Shown piece by piece: positions 24,976-34,012 of a DNA stretch of 64,000 nt (position 1 is its first letter; each line of letters opens with the position of its first letter). Both the position numbers and the translations under genes were made by a program. This DNA is from an uncultured Eubacteriales bacterium (GTDB lineage Bacteria > Bacillota > Clostridia > Oscillospirales > CAG-272): assembly GCA_900546315.1 (NCBI GenBank), contig URCP01000001.1, positions 2,852 to 66,851 of the forward strand, written 5' to 3'. The notes under the pieces were generated by a model, which did no database searches, was not told where the DNA came from, and was given only the letters and a program-made list of their open reading frames with translations.

Positions 24976-26322
24976 TCAGAACGGGAACTTCATCTTTCCC
25001 ATCTTTCCGAAGCGCTTTCCGCCGCCGAAGCCCGACAGCTTCTTCATCATCTGCTTCATCTGATCGTACTGTTTTAATAGCCTGTTGACGTCCTCGACCT
25101 TCATGCCGCTTCCGTCCGCTATCCTGCGCTTTCTCGACGCGTTTATGAGGTCGGGCTTCTCCCGCTCCTGCGGCGTCATCGAAAGTATTATCGCCTCGAC
25201 GCGGTCGAGCTGTCTCTCGTCGACCTTGACGTCCTTGAGCGCCGCCGTGTTCACACCGGGGATCATCCCCATGAGCTGATCGAGCGACCCCATGCCGCGC
25301 ACCTGCTTGAACTGCTCGAGGAAGTCGGTCAGCGTGAACGTCTGCTCACGCATCTTTCTCTCAAGCTCAGCCGCCTGCTTCTCGTCGAAGTTCTGCTGCG
25401 CCTTCTCGATGAGCGACAGCACATCGCCCATACCGAGTATTCTCGACGCCATCCGATCCGGATAGAACGGCTCGATCATGTCGAGCTTCTCTCCGGTGCC
25501 GACGAACTTTATCGGCTTGCCGGTGACGTGCCGCACCGAAAGCGCCGCGCCGCCCCTCGTGTCGCCGTCCATCTTCGTCAGGACAACTCCGGTTATGTCA
25601 AGAAGATTGTTGAAGGACTCCGCGACGTTCACGGCGTCCTGACCGGTCATCGCGTCGACCACCAGAAGGATCTCCGTCGGCTCGACCGTTTCCTTGATCT
25701 CTTTGAGCTCGTTCATAAGTTTCTCGTCGATATGAAGGCGTCCAGCGGTGTCTATGAACACCATATCGTGACCGTACTTCTTCGCGTGCTCGACTCCCGC
25801 CTTCGCGATCTCGACCGGGCTGACGCTGTCTCCCATCTGGAAGACCGGCACGCCGATCTGCTCGCCGACGACCTCGAGCTGCTTTATTGCCGCGGGTCTG
25901 TAAACGTCGCAGGCTACGAGCAGCGGGCGTTTGCCCTGCTTCTTGTACATCCCGGCGAGCTTCGCCGCGTGGGTCGTCTTTCCGGCGCCCTGAAGACCGA
26001 CCATCATCACGATTGTCGGCGGCTTCGAGGAGATATTCAGCTTCGCCTGAGTGCCGCCCATCAGCGCGCACAGCTCCTCGTTGACTATCTTGACAACCTG
26101 CTGCGCCGGAACGAGGCTTTCAAGCACCTCCGCGCCGACGGCACGCTCGGTCACCGTTTTAATGAAATCCTTGACAACCTTATAGTTGACGTCCGCCTCG
26201 AGAAGCGCCAGCTTGACCTCGCGCATTCCCGCCTTTACATCGGCCTCGGTGAGCTTTCCCTTGCCCTTGAATTTCTTGAACGCCGCCGACATCTTGTCGA
26301 CCAAGCTCTCAAACATCGGCAT
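24976..26322 (-). CDS. ffh: Signal recognition particle protein Ffh
   Basis: N, G and M domains are present: GLQGAGKTT, DTAGR, TKMDGD and a Met-rich C-terminus. Confidence 0.95.
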   Translation of the reverse strand: MPMFESLVDKMSAAFKKFKGKGKLTEADVKAGMREVKLALLEADVNYKVVKDFIKTVTERAVGAEVLESLVPAQQVVKIVNEELCALMGGTQAKLNISSKPPTIVMMVGLQGAGKTTHAAKLAGMYKKQGKRPLLVACDVYRPAAIKQLEVVGEQIGVPVFQMGDSVSPVEIAKAGVEHAKKYGHDMVFIDTAGRLHIDEKLMNELKEIKETVEPTEILLVVDAMTGQDAVNVAESFNNLLDITGVVLTKMDGDTRGGAALSVRHVTGKPIKFVGTGEKLDMIEPFYPDRMASRILGMGDVLSLIEKAQQNFDEKQAAELERKMREQTFTLTDFLEQFKQVRGMGSLDQLMGMIPGVNTAALKDVKVDERQLDRVEAIILSMTPQEREKPDLINASRKRRIADGSGMKVEDVNRLLKQYDQMKQMMKKLSGFGGGKRFGKMGKMKFPF

Positions 26323-26346
26323 CCTCCCTTCGCATCAGCACTTAGT

Positions 26347-26700
26347 TCAAATCGTAATATTCTTTATCTCACGTATTATCGCGTCTATATCGGGCGCGAG
26401 ATCCTTGTCCGCCTTCCGGCGAAGCTCCTCGAGCATCTCCGTCACACGCGCAACCCTGTCGTCGATCTCCCTCGACTTCTTCGCGAGCCCGAGCGTATCC
26501 TCGAGCTGCATGAGCTGGACCTTCGCCTTCTCAATGCGGTCGCGCACGCCCTGACGCGTGATGTCGGTATCCCCGGCGATCTCGGCAAGTGACAGGTCCT
26601 CATCATAATAAAGTCTGACCGCCTCCCGCTTCTCGGGGCTCAGCATCTCCCCGTAAAAATCAAGCAGAAGCCCGATCTCAAGATCCTTTTCCCGCGGCAT
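26347..26700 (-). CDS. ylxM: YlxM/UPF0122 putative DNA-binding protein upstream of ffh
   Basis: Sigma-70 region-4-like sequence LSLAEIAGDTDITRQGVRDRI. The ATG at 26700 follows AAAGGAG. Confidence 0.85.
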   Translation of the reverse strand: MPREKDLEIGLLLDFYGEMLSPEKREAVRLYYDEDLSLAEIAGDTDITRQGVRDRIEKAKVQLMQLEDTLGLAKKSREIDDRVARVTEMLEELRRKADKDLAPDIDAIIREIKNITI

Positions 26701-26739
26701 AACGACACTCCTTTTTGCTGTAGAGCAAATCACTTTACA

Positions 26740-26768
26740 AGTATACCACACTTCGGCGGTTTTGTCAA
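26740..26768 (-). promoter_or_regulatory. Promoter of the ylxM-ffh-rpsP-KH operon
   Basis: On the minus strand: TTGACA, 17-nt spacer, TATACT. Confidence 0.75.
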
Positions 26769-26788
26769 GGGGTATTTTGAAAAATTTC

Positions 26789-26817
26789 TTGACTTATACG
26801 GATTTTTATGCTACAAT
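26789..26817 (+). promoter_or_regulatory. Promoter of the AraC-family gene at 26854
   Basis: TTGACT, 17-nt spacer, TACAAT. Confidence 0.7.
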
Positions 26818-26853
26818 GTTATCATGAGATGGTCAACGAAAAGGAGACAGCAG

Positions 26854-27780
26854 ATGGGCAAACAAACAGCACCAGATCAACTATATTCAAGCCTCTCGAC
26901 GCAGCTCGGCAACTGGCAGGTCACACTCGACTACATGAAGCAGGATGTAACACATATATGGAACGTTGCCAGACACTCGCATAACAATTTTGAGCTGCAC
27001 TACGTCTCGGACGGCAGCGGAACACTTATGACCGACGCCGGTAAATATAATATCTCGGTCGGCTCCACTTATCTCACCGGACCCGGAGTCCTTCACAGTC
27101 AGTATTCAAGCGAACACGAGATGATGGGTGAATACGCCATACGCTTCGATATAAAATACCATCCCGCAGATAACACCGACCGCGATATCAACAACATAAT
27201 AAGAACAATAACAGAGCACCCATTTTTCATAACTGACAACGACAGCATCGGCTGTCAGTCGCTTATAGCTGAATTGATCCATGAAAAAGCGCAGCAGCGC
27301 GATGGCTTCCGCGAGAAAATGATCTGTCTCTTTGGCTGCATACTTATCAACCTCGGAAGATGCATACAGGAAAGCCTCGGTGATCCCGATCAGGATCATA
27401 AGCCACCGGTGAAAGAAGACATTCCCACGATGACGGTTGGAGAGATCAACCTTCGCGCAAGACTTGACGCCGAATTCGTCGGACGCTCGCATTTTGCGAC
27501 GCAGGAAGAGCTGGCGGAGCAGTTTCACATCTCCGGACGGCACTTCTCAAGGCTCATGCAGCAGTACTACGGAATGTCATATACAGAAAAGGTCAACGAA
27601 GTCCGCTTCAACTTTGCGAAGGAAATGCTCGAAAACAGCGACGTGCCGATATCAGAGGTCTGTGCAAGATCGGGCTTCCAGTCCTACGCTTATTTCGGCC
27701 GTGTATTCAAGCGGCTGAACGGTATGTCGCCGTCCGAATACAGAAAGGCAAAAAGAAACACCGGCATATCAGAATCATGA
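26854..27780 (+). CDS. AraC-family transcriptional regulator (cupin plus HTH)
   Basis: The ATG at 26854 lies 7 nt after AAGGAG. C-terminal sequence is SGFQSYAYFGRVFKRLNGMSPSEYR. Confidence 0.85.
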   Translation: MGKQTAPDQLYSSLSTQLGNWQVTLDYMKQDVTHIWNVARHSHNNFELHYVSDGSGTLMTDAGKYNISVGSTYLTGPGVLHSQYSSEHEMMGEYAIRFDIKYHPADNTDRDINNIIRTITEHPFFITDNDSIGCQSLIAELIHEKAQQRDGFREKMICLFGCILINLGRCIQESLGDPDQDHKPPVKEDIPTMTVGEINLRARLDAEFVGRSHFATQEELAEQFHISGRHFSRLMQQYYGMSYTEKVNEVRFNFAKEMLENSDVPISEVCARSGFQSYAYFGRVFKRLNGMSPSEYRKAKRNTGISES

Positions 27781-27786
27781 CAGACA

Positions 27787-27830
27787 AAAGACCCGCGCTA
27801 CACTTTCCGCAACGCAGGTCTTTCTGTTTT
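27787..27830 (+). terminator. Terminator after the AraC-family gene
   Basis: AAAGACC-GCG pairs with CGC-GGTCTTT (one mismatch), followed by CTGTTTT. Confidence 0.6.
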
Positions 27831-27861
27831 CAGATCATTATTTTACGCACAATATGTTATA

Positions 27862-29310
27862 TCACCAATTCTCAACGAACTTTTCGATAGCCTTTTCGGC
27901 AGACGCCGAGCAGGCCTCTATCGTCGAAGATATCGGCTTATCATGGAAGATGATGTTCGTGACGGCGGTCTTTAGTCCTCCGAAGTCGTAGATCGCGAGG
28001 AAATCGATGTAAAGCGTGTCGAATATGAGGTCGAGTATCTCATTGCTGCGCTCATCACGCGAGGTCTTCTGCTTGTAGACGAGATCGTAGGAGAGCGGAC
28101 GGAGGTTCTCGTTGGAATACCTCGCCAGAGCCTCAAGGATGAAGCCGGTGAAATCACTGTCAACAGTCGCCGGAACAGCCGCGAAGCTCGAGACATATCC
28201 GCTGACTCCGGATATATAGTCCTCATTCTCGGAGTATTTCGGCATCGGGAGTATAAGGTAATCGCTCTTCATGTCCCTGAGATGCACTCCGGCGCTCTCC
28301 AGCTTATGCTGAAGGAACAGCGCGCGATCCTCTTTGAACGCGTAATTGATTATATCGTTGATATCCTCATGCTTGATATTCCGCGCAACCTTTATTATCT
28401 TCTCGAAACGATCGACAATATCGGTTCCGGAAAGCGACGCGAGCGTTATGTTCGTCTTATCCGGCGTCAGCTCGGTCATGACAAGGTCGGCGCTCTCCAT
28501 GAAAGCGATCGATATCTCGTCGGTCGTCTGCATACCGACGCCGAAGAAATCATCCTTCGGCAGCATCTTGCCGTCGCCGTTGAGATCCTGGTCAAGATCC
28601 TTAGTCAGATCCGTGAGGACGTCATACGTCCATTTGCCGTCAAGAACTGTCTCATATACGTCGATATCGAAGTTGTAATCTTCCCAGAGCTTGAGATTCA
28701 GAAACATACAGAGCGGCGCCTGATAGATCGAAGGCGCGATATCGCTCGCGGTGAAATACAGCCGATTGTTGAGCGTAAGCTTTTCGGCCATGAGCGGACT
28801 CCACCACTTATCCGAAAGATCGATGTCCTTGAATGAGCAGAGATCGGCAAGAATGCTCTCGGTCGCGAGCGGAGCGAACTCATAGATTTTGGAATAAACG
28901 AGATCATACTCGTTGTCTCCCGCGAGCACCGAGCTTTTGACCTTATCGGCGTTCGTGTCACTGACATATTCGATACTGATATTGTACCTGTCCTCGATAG
29001 CGTTGTCGCGGATTATCAGCGCGTCATTCACGACTTCACCGTTCATCTCGTCCTCGGGGATATTGATCTGTAAGCCTTGCGGATTAGGGTTCGCATCGAG
29101 TATCGTGAACGTTCTGCCCTCGAAATCTCTGTCTTCAAGCGCGTCATACGGCGACGTCTCCGTTTCGTTCACGCTCTCATCGGAATTCGCGGAAGTGACG
29201 TCATTATCTGTCGTATTTTCCGCGCCGTTCGCATCGCTGCTCCCGCACGCGACGGCAGACGACGCAAGAAGCGCCGCAAGAATCAGTGCCATGGTTCTTT
29301 TTATCTGCAT
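27862..29310 (-). CDS. ABC-type extracellular solute-binding lipoprotein (orphan, paralog 1)
   Basis: Lipobox in LLASSAVAC-GSS. It is ~480 aa and similar in layout to 48542-49996 and 57165-58604. Confidence 0.75.
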   Translation of the reverse strand: MQIKRTMALILAALLASSAVACGSSDANGAENTTDNDVTSANSDESVNETETSPYDALEDRDFEGRTFTILDANPNPQGLQINIPEDEMNGEVVNDALIIRDNAIEDRYNISIEYVSDTNADKVKSSVLAGDNEYDLVYSKIYEFAPLATESILADLCSFKDIDLSDKWWSPLMAEKLTLNNRLYFTASDIAPSIYQAPLCMFLNLKLWEDYNFDIDVYETVLDGKWTYDVLTDLTKDLDQDLNGDGKMLPKDDFFGVGMQTTDEISIAFMESADLVMTELTPDKTNITLASLSGTDIVDRFEKIIKVARNIKHEDINDIINYAFKEDRALFLQHKLESAGVHLRDMKSDYLILPMPKYSENEDYISGVSGYVSSFAAVPATVDSDFTGFILEALARYSNENLRPLSYDLVYKQKTSRDERSNEILDLIFDTLYIDFLAIYDFGGLKTAVTNIIFHDKPISSTIEACSASAEKAIEKFVENW

Positions 29311-29395
29311 TGTGTTCCTCCTGAATTATTCCGGCAGGCCGGAAAATGCCTCTTCCAGCACATACCAGTAAAATTATCGTATCATTCACGTCATA

Positions 29396-29424
29396 ATTAT
29401 AACACCCTTATCAAGCTTTGTCAA
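29396..29424 (-). promoter_or_regulatory. Promoter of SBP paralog 1
   Basis: On the minus strand: TTGACA, 17-nt spacer, TATAAT. Confidence 0.8.
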
Positions 29425-29515
29425 GACACTACAGGGACATATTCGGTGCAAACATGGCGGAATAGTATCGCTTTCGGATAATTTTCCGGGAAATCAGAAA
29501 ATTTCAGAAAATGTA

Positions 29516-29544
29516 TTGACAACCGACCGTTCGGAAGGTATGAT
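29516..29544 (+). promoter_or_regulatory. Promoter of the YoaP-like acetyltransferase gene
   Basis: TTGACA, 17-nt spacer, TATGAT. Confidence 0.75.
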
Positions 29545-29613
29545 ATAAGTGTTCGGTACGGTCACTCTGTACCGTCTGCCGTATTATGACTTTCACAAAA
29601 AGAGGAGATCAGC

Positions 29614-30357
29614 ATGAACTACATACGCATAACTAAGGACAACATCGACCATGAACATATCTGCTGTGCCATGTCGGGCAGGCAGAGCGTCATGAAAAAG
29701 GAATGGATGAAGGAGCGATTTGACGACGGACTCGTTTTTTACCGGAGCGAGGAGCGCGGCAAGTGCTTTATCGAATACATCCCCGCCGAGAACGCGTGGG
29801 TGCCGATCGAGGCGGACGGATACGTCTACATCGACTGCCTGTGGGTCTCCGGCTCAATGAAAGGACACGGATACTCAAACGACCTGCTCTCGGAATGTGA
29901 GCGCGACGCCAAGGAACATGGCAGAAAAGGACTCTGCATTCTCTCGTCTGACGGCAGAAAAAGAGAGTTTCTGTCCGACCCGAAATATCTCGCGCACAAA
30001 GGATTCATAACGGCAGACAGCTCGGACTGCGGCGTCACCCTGATGTATCTCCCGTTTGACGAAGCCGCGGAACCTCCGAGGTTCAGGGACTGCGCGAGAC
30101 ACCCGGAAGTTAGCGAGGACGGTTTTGTTATCTACTACACCGACCAGTGCCCGTTCACATATTACTGGGTGCCGAAGGTCGAGGAAGCGGCAAAGAAACA
30201 CGGCATTCCGCTGAAAGTCATCCACATCACAGACAGGGAAACCGCGCGGGACACGCCCGTGCCGGTGACGACCTATGCGCTGTTCCGCGACGGAAAATTC
30301 GTAACACAGGGGATTCAGTCGGACAAAAAGTTCCTCGCACTCGCCGGGATAAAATGA
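29614..30357 (+). CDS. GNAT acetyltransferase with a YoaP-like C-terminal domain
   Basis: Motifs HICCAMS, LWVSGSMKGHGYSNDLL and C-terminal YYTDQCPFTYYWV. Confidence 0.7.
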   Translation: MNYIRITKDNIDHEHICCAMSGRQSVMKKEWMKERFDDGLVFYRSEERGKCFIEYIPAENAWVPIEADGYVYIDCLWVSGSMKGHGYSNDLLSECERDAKEHGRKGLCILSSDGRKREFLSDPKYLAHKGFITADSSDCGVTLMYLPFDEAAEPPRFRDCARHPEVSEDGFVIYYTDQCPFTYYWVPKVEEAAKKHGIPLKVIHITDRETARDTPVPVTTYALFRDGKFVTQGIQSDKKFLALAGIK

Positions 30358-30381
30358 GCGGATCGCCGCCTTTTCGAAATA

Positions 30382-30410
30382 CAAAAACCCCCGCAAAAAC
30401 GGATTTTGCG
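30382..30410 (-). terminator. Terminator of the tRNA operon
   Basis: On the minus strand: CGCAAAA pairs with TTTTGCG, followed by GGGGTTTTTG. Confidence 0.6.
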
Positions 30411-30441
30411 AGGGCGTAGAATTCTATGAAAAATAAAAAAA

Positions 30442-30517
30442 TGGAGCGGATTACGGGGTTCGAACCCGCTACCTCGACCTTGGCAAGGTCGCGCTCTACC
30501 AAATGAGCTAAATCCGC
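30442..30517 (-). tRNA. tRNA-Gly (anticodon GCC), CCA encoded
   Basis: The manual cloverleaf is GCGGAUU...CGACC-UUGCCAA-GGUCG...GGUUCGAAC...AAUCCGC-U-CCA. Confidence 0.9.
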
Positions 30518-30546
30518 ATATTGCCCTGAACAGAACGTTCAGGGTG

Positions 30547-30622
30547 TGGTGCCTCCGATCGGAATCGAACCAACGACACGGGGATTTTCAGTCCCCTGCT
30601 CTACCAACTGAGCTACAGAGGC
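30547..30622 (-). tRNA. tRNA-Phe (anticodon GAA), CCA encoded
   Basis: GCCUCUGUAGCUCAGUUGGUAGAGC...GGGGA-CUGAAAA-UCCCC...GGUUCGAUUCC...CCA. Confidence 0.9.
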
Positions 30623-30625
30623 AAA

Positions 30626-30702
30626 TGGCGACCGAGATGGGGTTCGAACCCACGACCTCTAGCGTGACAGGCTAGCGTTCTAACCAGCTGAACTACCCGG
30701 CC
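30626..30702 (-). tRNA. tRNA-Asp (anticodon GUC), CCA encoded
   Basis: GGCCGGGUAGUUCAGCUGGUUAGAAC...CUAGC-CUGUCAC-GCUAG...GGUUCGAACCC...G-CCA. Confidence 0.9.
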
Positions 30703-30707
30703 ATTTG

Positions 30708-30783
30708 TGGTGGAAACTACAGGGCTCGAACCTGTGACCCTCTGCTTGTAAGGCAGATGCTCTCCCAGCTGAGCTAAGCTTCC
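30708..30783 (-). tRNA. tRNA-Val (anticodon UAC), CCA encoded
   Basis: GGAAGCUUAGCUCAGCUGGGAGAGC...UCUGC-CUUACAA-GCAGA...GGUUCGAGCCC...A-CCA. Confidence 0.9.
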
Positions 30784-30822
30784 GGGTTTTGCGCCGCTCG
30801 GGAACTCCCTGCGACGGATAAT

Positions 30823-30851
30823 ATTATACCATATCCGAACGCGTTTGTCAA
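30823..30851 (-). promoter_or_regulatory. Promoter of the tRNA Val-Asp-Phe-Gly operon
   Basis: On the minus strand: TTGACA, 17-nt spacer, TATAAT. Confidence 0.8.
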
Positions 30852-30930
30852 GGGGTTTTTCAAATTTTTTTTGTTTTTTTTGAAATTCCCCGGCAAACAC
30901 TCCGGGAAGCGCGATCACAAGCCGCTTTTC

Positions 30931-31740
30931 TCAACCGAAAAACTGCCTCAGATAATTGAAATCCCGGTTCAGCGCGTCGAAATCCACCTTTCCGTCCGCG
31001 CCGAACCCGGTCGACTCAACAGTGAAGTCGCCGCGGTATCCCCGTCCCGCGAGCTTTCCGAAAAACTCCTTCAGCGGCACGTTGCCCTCACCGAGGTGCA
31101 GCACCTTCAGATGCTGCCAATCCATATACCCGCCGCCGTAATCGTTGGCGTGGATATGCGCTATTCTCCCGTCACGCCAGAAAAACTCTCTCCCCGGCGC
31201 GAATATATCCATCAGCTGTCCATGAAAAGCCGCCATCTTCGTGTCGAACGTGAAGCGGATATCCGTCCTCTCCGCGAGCTCATCGAGACGCTTCTGCGGA
31301 TCCCCGCGGTTGCACACGACATTCTCGACCGTTGGTATCAGCCCATGTGCCGACGCGATCCTGATGATCTCCGGCACAGCCGACAGATTATTCTCGAAAT
31401 GGCTGTCCGAAACGATCCCGTTCCAGAGATGCAGCACAATAAGCCCGGCGCCAAGACGCTCCGCCGCGCGGCAGTTGATCTCAAAGAGCCTGTACCCCTC
31501 GGAAAAATCTCCGAGCGTGAACCTCTCGCCGACCGTCTTCTCGCAGTGGACAGTCGGCATGGAGAGCCCGAGCGCCGCCGTGTCGGACACAACCTCATCG
31601 AGTTTGTCATACCACGTGTCGTAGATCATGAACTCAAACCCGTCACAGTGAAGCTCCGGCGCGAAGGACGCGAGCAGACGGTGATTTCTACCGTTCGGGC
31701 GACCTATAATCGCCCCGGTCGAGCAAAGTATCCTGTTCAT
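30931..31740 (-). CDS. Sugar phosphate isomerase/epimerase (xylose-isomerase-like TIM barrel) family protein
   Basis: Overall pattern with LHLW, VENV and HIHAND-type metal-ligand blocks. Confidence 0.65.
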   Translation of the reverse strand: MNRILCSTGAIIGRPNGRNHRLLASFAPELHCDGFEFMIYDTWYDKLDEVVSDTAALGLSMPTVHCEKTVGERFTLGDFSEGYRLFEINCRAAERLGAGLIVLHLWNGIVSDSHFENNLSAVPEIIRIASAHGLIPTVENVVCNRGDPQKRLDELAERTDIRFTFDTKMAAFHGQLMDIFAPGREFFWRDGRIAHIHANDYGGGYMDWQHLKVLHLGEGNVPLKEFFGKLAGRGYRGDFTVESTGFGADGKVDFDALNRDFNYLRQFFG

Positions 31741-32660
31741 TTCTTTTCTTCGTCTTTTTCCGTGACTCCGTCGAAGAGCGCGAGCGCTTCCTTCGCGGTG
31801 AACTTATACTTCTTGTCGCAGAAGTGGCACTCCATGTCGATCTCCTCCGGCTTGCCATCGTCGCGGCACTCGGCGAGGATGCCCTCGATCTCCTTCTTTC
31901 CGAGACTGAACAGAGCTCTCGCGCAGCGTTCCCTCGAGCAGTCGCACACATACCCGACGTCGAGCTCGTCGAACACGTCGTACTCGATCCCATCCAGCGC
32001 GATGTCCATCACCTGCTTCGGCGTCAGACCGTCCGCGAAAAGTCTCGACACATTCGCGAGCCGCGGCGCGTTCTTCTCGAGCTTCGATATCGTGTCCTCG
32101 TCCGCCATAGGCAGGAGCGAGACAAGCACGCCTCCCGCCGCTAGACATGAATAATCCCGGTCCACAAGCACGCCGAGCGCACACAGAGTCGGCGTCTGCT
32201 CACTCGTCGCGAAATACTGCGTTATGTCCTCGGCGATCTCACCGCTGACAAGATCTATCGTGCCTGAATACGGTTCCTTAAGACCGATATCCTTGGTCAC
32301 ACTCAGCGTCCCGTGTCCGATAGCGCCGGAGACGTCGAGCTTTCCGTTTGTTTTTTTCGGAATATCGACAATTGGGTTCTTTATATATCCCTTGACATTG
32401 CCCGCGTAATCTGAAACAGCTATGACGCTGCCCGCGGGTCCGTCGCCGCGTATATTTATCGTGAGCGAATTGCCCTTATCCTTGAGCAGGCTGCCCATTA
32501 TCGACGCGGCGGTAAGAGTGCGGCCAAGCAGCGCGGACGCTGTCGGGGTCGTACCATGATACTTTATCGCGTCGTTCACTATCTCACGCGAATCGATGAC
32601 AAAAGCGCGGGCGCTGCCATCCTTTGTCATGGCGCGCAGAAGCTTTGATCTTTTTTCCAT
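31737..32660 (-). CDS. hslO: Redox-regulated chaperone Hsp33
   Basis: C-terminal zinc centre CDCS...C...CHFCDKKY. The ATG at 32660 follows GAAAGGA; the ORF-track TTG at 32678 is rejected. Confidence 0.9.
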   Translation of the reverse strand: MEKRSKLLRAMTKDGSARAFVIDSREIVNDAIKYHGTTPTASALLGRTLTAASIMGSLLKDKGNSLTINIRGDGPAGSVIAVSDYAGNVKGYIKNPIVDIPKKTNGKLDVSGAIGHGTLSVTKDIGLKEPYSGTIDLVSGEIAEDITQYFATSEQTPTLCALGVLVDRDYSCLAAGGVLVSLLPMADEDTISKLEKNAPRLANVSRLFADGLTPKQVMDIALDGIEYDVFDELDVGYVCDCSRERCARALFSLGKKEIEGILAECRDDGKPEEIDMECHFCDKKYKFTAKEALALFDGVTEKDEEKK

Positions 32661-32759
32661 TCTGAAGGTTCCTTTCAACTCCGGAGCGCGTCATTCGTAC
32701 ATATCCGCGCTCCTTGCATATCGCAGATTCGCCGGGAAGAGAACTCCCCGGCGATTTTG

Positions 32760-33521
32760 TCAGTCTTTCCTTTTCGCGGTGAAGAGCCAGCGTTCAGTCG
32801 TTTCGCTGACAGCCCCGCCGTCTTCCCCGTACATCGCGAGCAGTTCAAACCCGTTCTCATCAAGCAGCTTCTTCACCGTTCTCAGAGAATAGCATCTTTC
32901 CCTCTGCACCTCGTCAGAGCGCTCCCAGAGCCCGTCAGAAAGCTCTCTGAAGATCGAGAGATAGAAGTCGCACATCTTCGACTTCGGGTTATAATCGTTC
33001 TGCCACGCGCAGAGGACGCCATCTTCCTCGAGGACGAGCGAATTCTGCCCGTAGACGTTCTCATACTTATGCGGCGTGTTCATGTCAAACACAAAGAGCC
33101 CGTCCGGGTTCAGGTAATTGTGTATATGCGAGAGTGCCCGCGAGACGCGCCCGGTGTCGGTCAGGTAATTGAGACTGTCAAGGCAGCAGACAATCGCGTC
33201 GACCGTGCCGTAAAGCTCAAGCTCCGCCATATCCTGTCTCACGAGCAGAACCTTGTGCGGGAATCTGTTTGCGTCGCACTTGAACCTCGCCTCTGACAGC
33301 ATCTCCTCGGATATGTCGACCCCGGTCATGTCATACCCGCGCGCGGCGAGCTCAACAGTCAGCGAACCGGTACCGCAGGCGAGGTCGAGCACACTCTCGG
33401 GCTTCTTCGCGGCGAACTCTTCGAACTGCCGCTCGATATGATCCGCAACCTTCACGTAATCGACGCCGTTCAGCCGGTCGTACACCGACGCGAGGGAAGT
33501 GTACGAAGTATCCGAACTCAT
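32760..33521 (-). CDS. Class I SAM-dependent methyltransferase
   Basis: Motif I is VLDLACGTGSLT. Confidence 0.8.
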   Translation of the reverse strand: MSSDTSYTSLASVYDRLNGVDYVKVADHIERQFEEFAAKKPESVLDLACGTGSLTVELAARGYDMTGVDISEEMLSEARFKCDANRFPHKVLLVRQDMAELELYGTVDAIVCCLDSLNYLTDTGRVSRALSHIHNYLNPDGLFVFDMNTPHKYENVYGQNSLVLEEDGVLCAWQNDYNPKSKMCDFYLSIFRELSDGLWERSDEVQRERCYSLRTVKKLLDENGFELLAMYGEDGGAVSETTERWLFTAKRKD

Positions 33522-33808
33522 TTGCTGCGCTCCAGTCTGTCGAGAACGGTCATGTAGCCGTCGCTGCCATATTTGAGGCAGCGGTTCACGCGGCTGATGG
33601 TCGCGGTGCTGAGGCCGGTCTTCTCGGCGATCTCGGTGTATATATAGTTCTCCCTGAGCATCTTCGCGGCAAGCAGGCGCTTCGACATCTCCTGAAGCTC
33701 CGCGACGGTGCAGAGATCCTCAAAGAAGCTGTAGCACTCCTCAACGCTGTCAAGGGTAAGAATGCCCTTGAACAGAAAATCTATCTTTTCATCATTAAGC
33801 TTGTTCAT
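33518..33808 (-). CDS. YerC/YecD-family TrpR-like protein
   Basis: Sequence FFEDLCTVAELQEMSKRLLAAKML...YTEIAEKTGLSTATISRVNRCL. Confidence 0.8.
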   Translation of the reverse strand: MNKLNDEKIDFLFKGILTLDSVEECYSFFEDLCTVAELQEMSKRLLAAKMLRENYIYTEIAEKTGLSTATISRVNRCLKYGSDGYMTVLDRLERSK

Positions 33809-34012
33809 TGAATATTGTCCTTTCAAACTGAGTTCGTATGTTGCCGCCGCCCGGCGGCGCGTTAAAAGATCATCATGCTTATATTGTAATATATTTTTCT
33901 CTTAAAGTAAAGGGGTTTTTGAAAATAAATAAGTAAATTTATATCGACTTTATTGTTTAACCCCTGTTTTGCCGGTCGAAACCGCAGGATGATCCGCGTG
34001 ACAATACAGACG

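Noticed and set aside
30613-30918. 101-aa ORF, plus the 91-aa ORF at 30227-30502
   Set aside because: Both run through the tRNA genes (the first through tRNA-Asp and tRNA-Val and the tail of tRNA-Phe, the second through tRNA-Gly). The tRNA cloverleaves are a far better explanation.
30871-32154. 427-aa plus-strand ORF
   Set aside because: It is antisense to the TIM-barrel isomerase-like gene and to hslO, and has no motifs.
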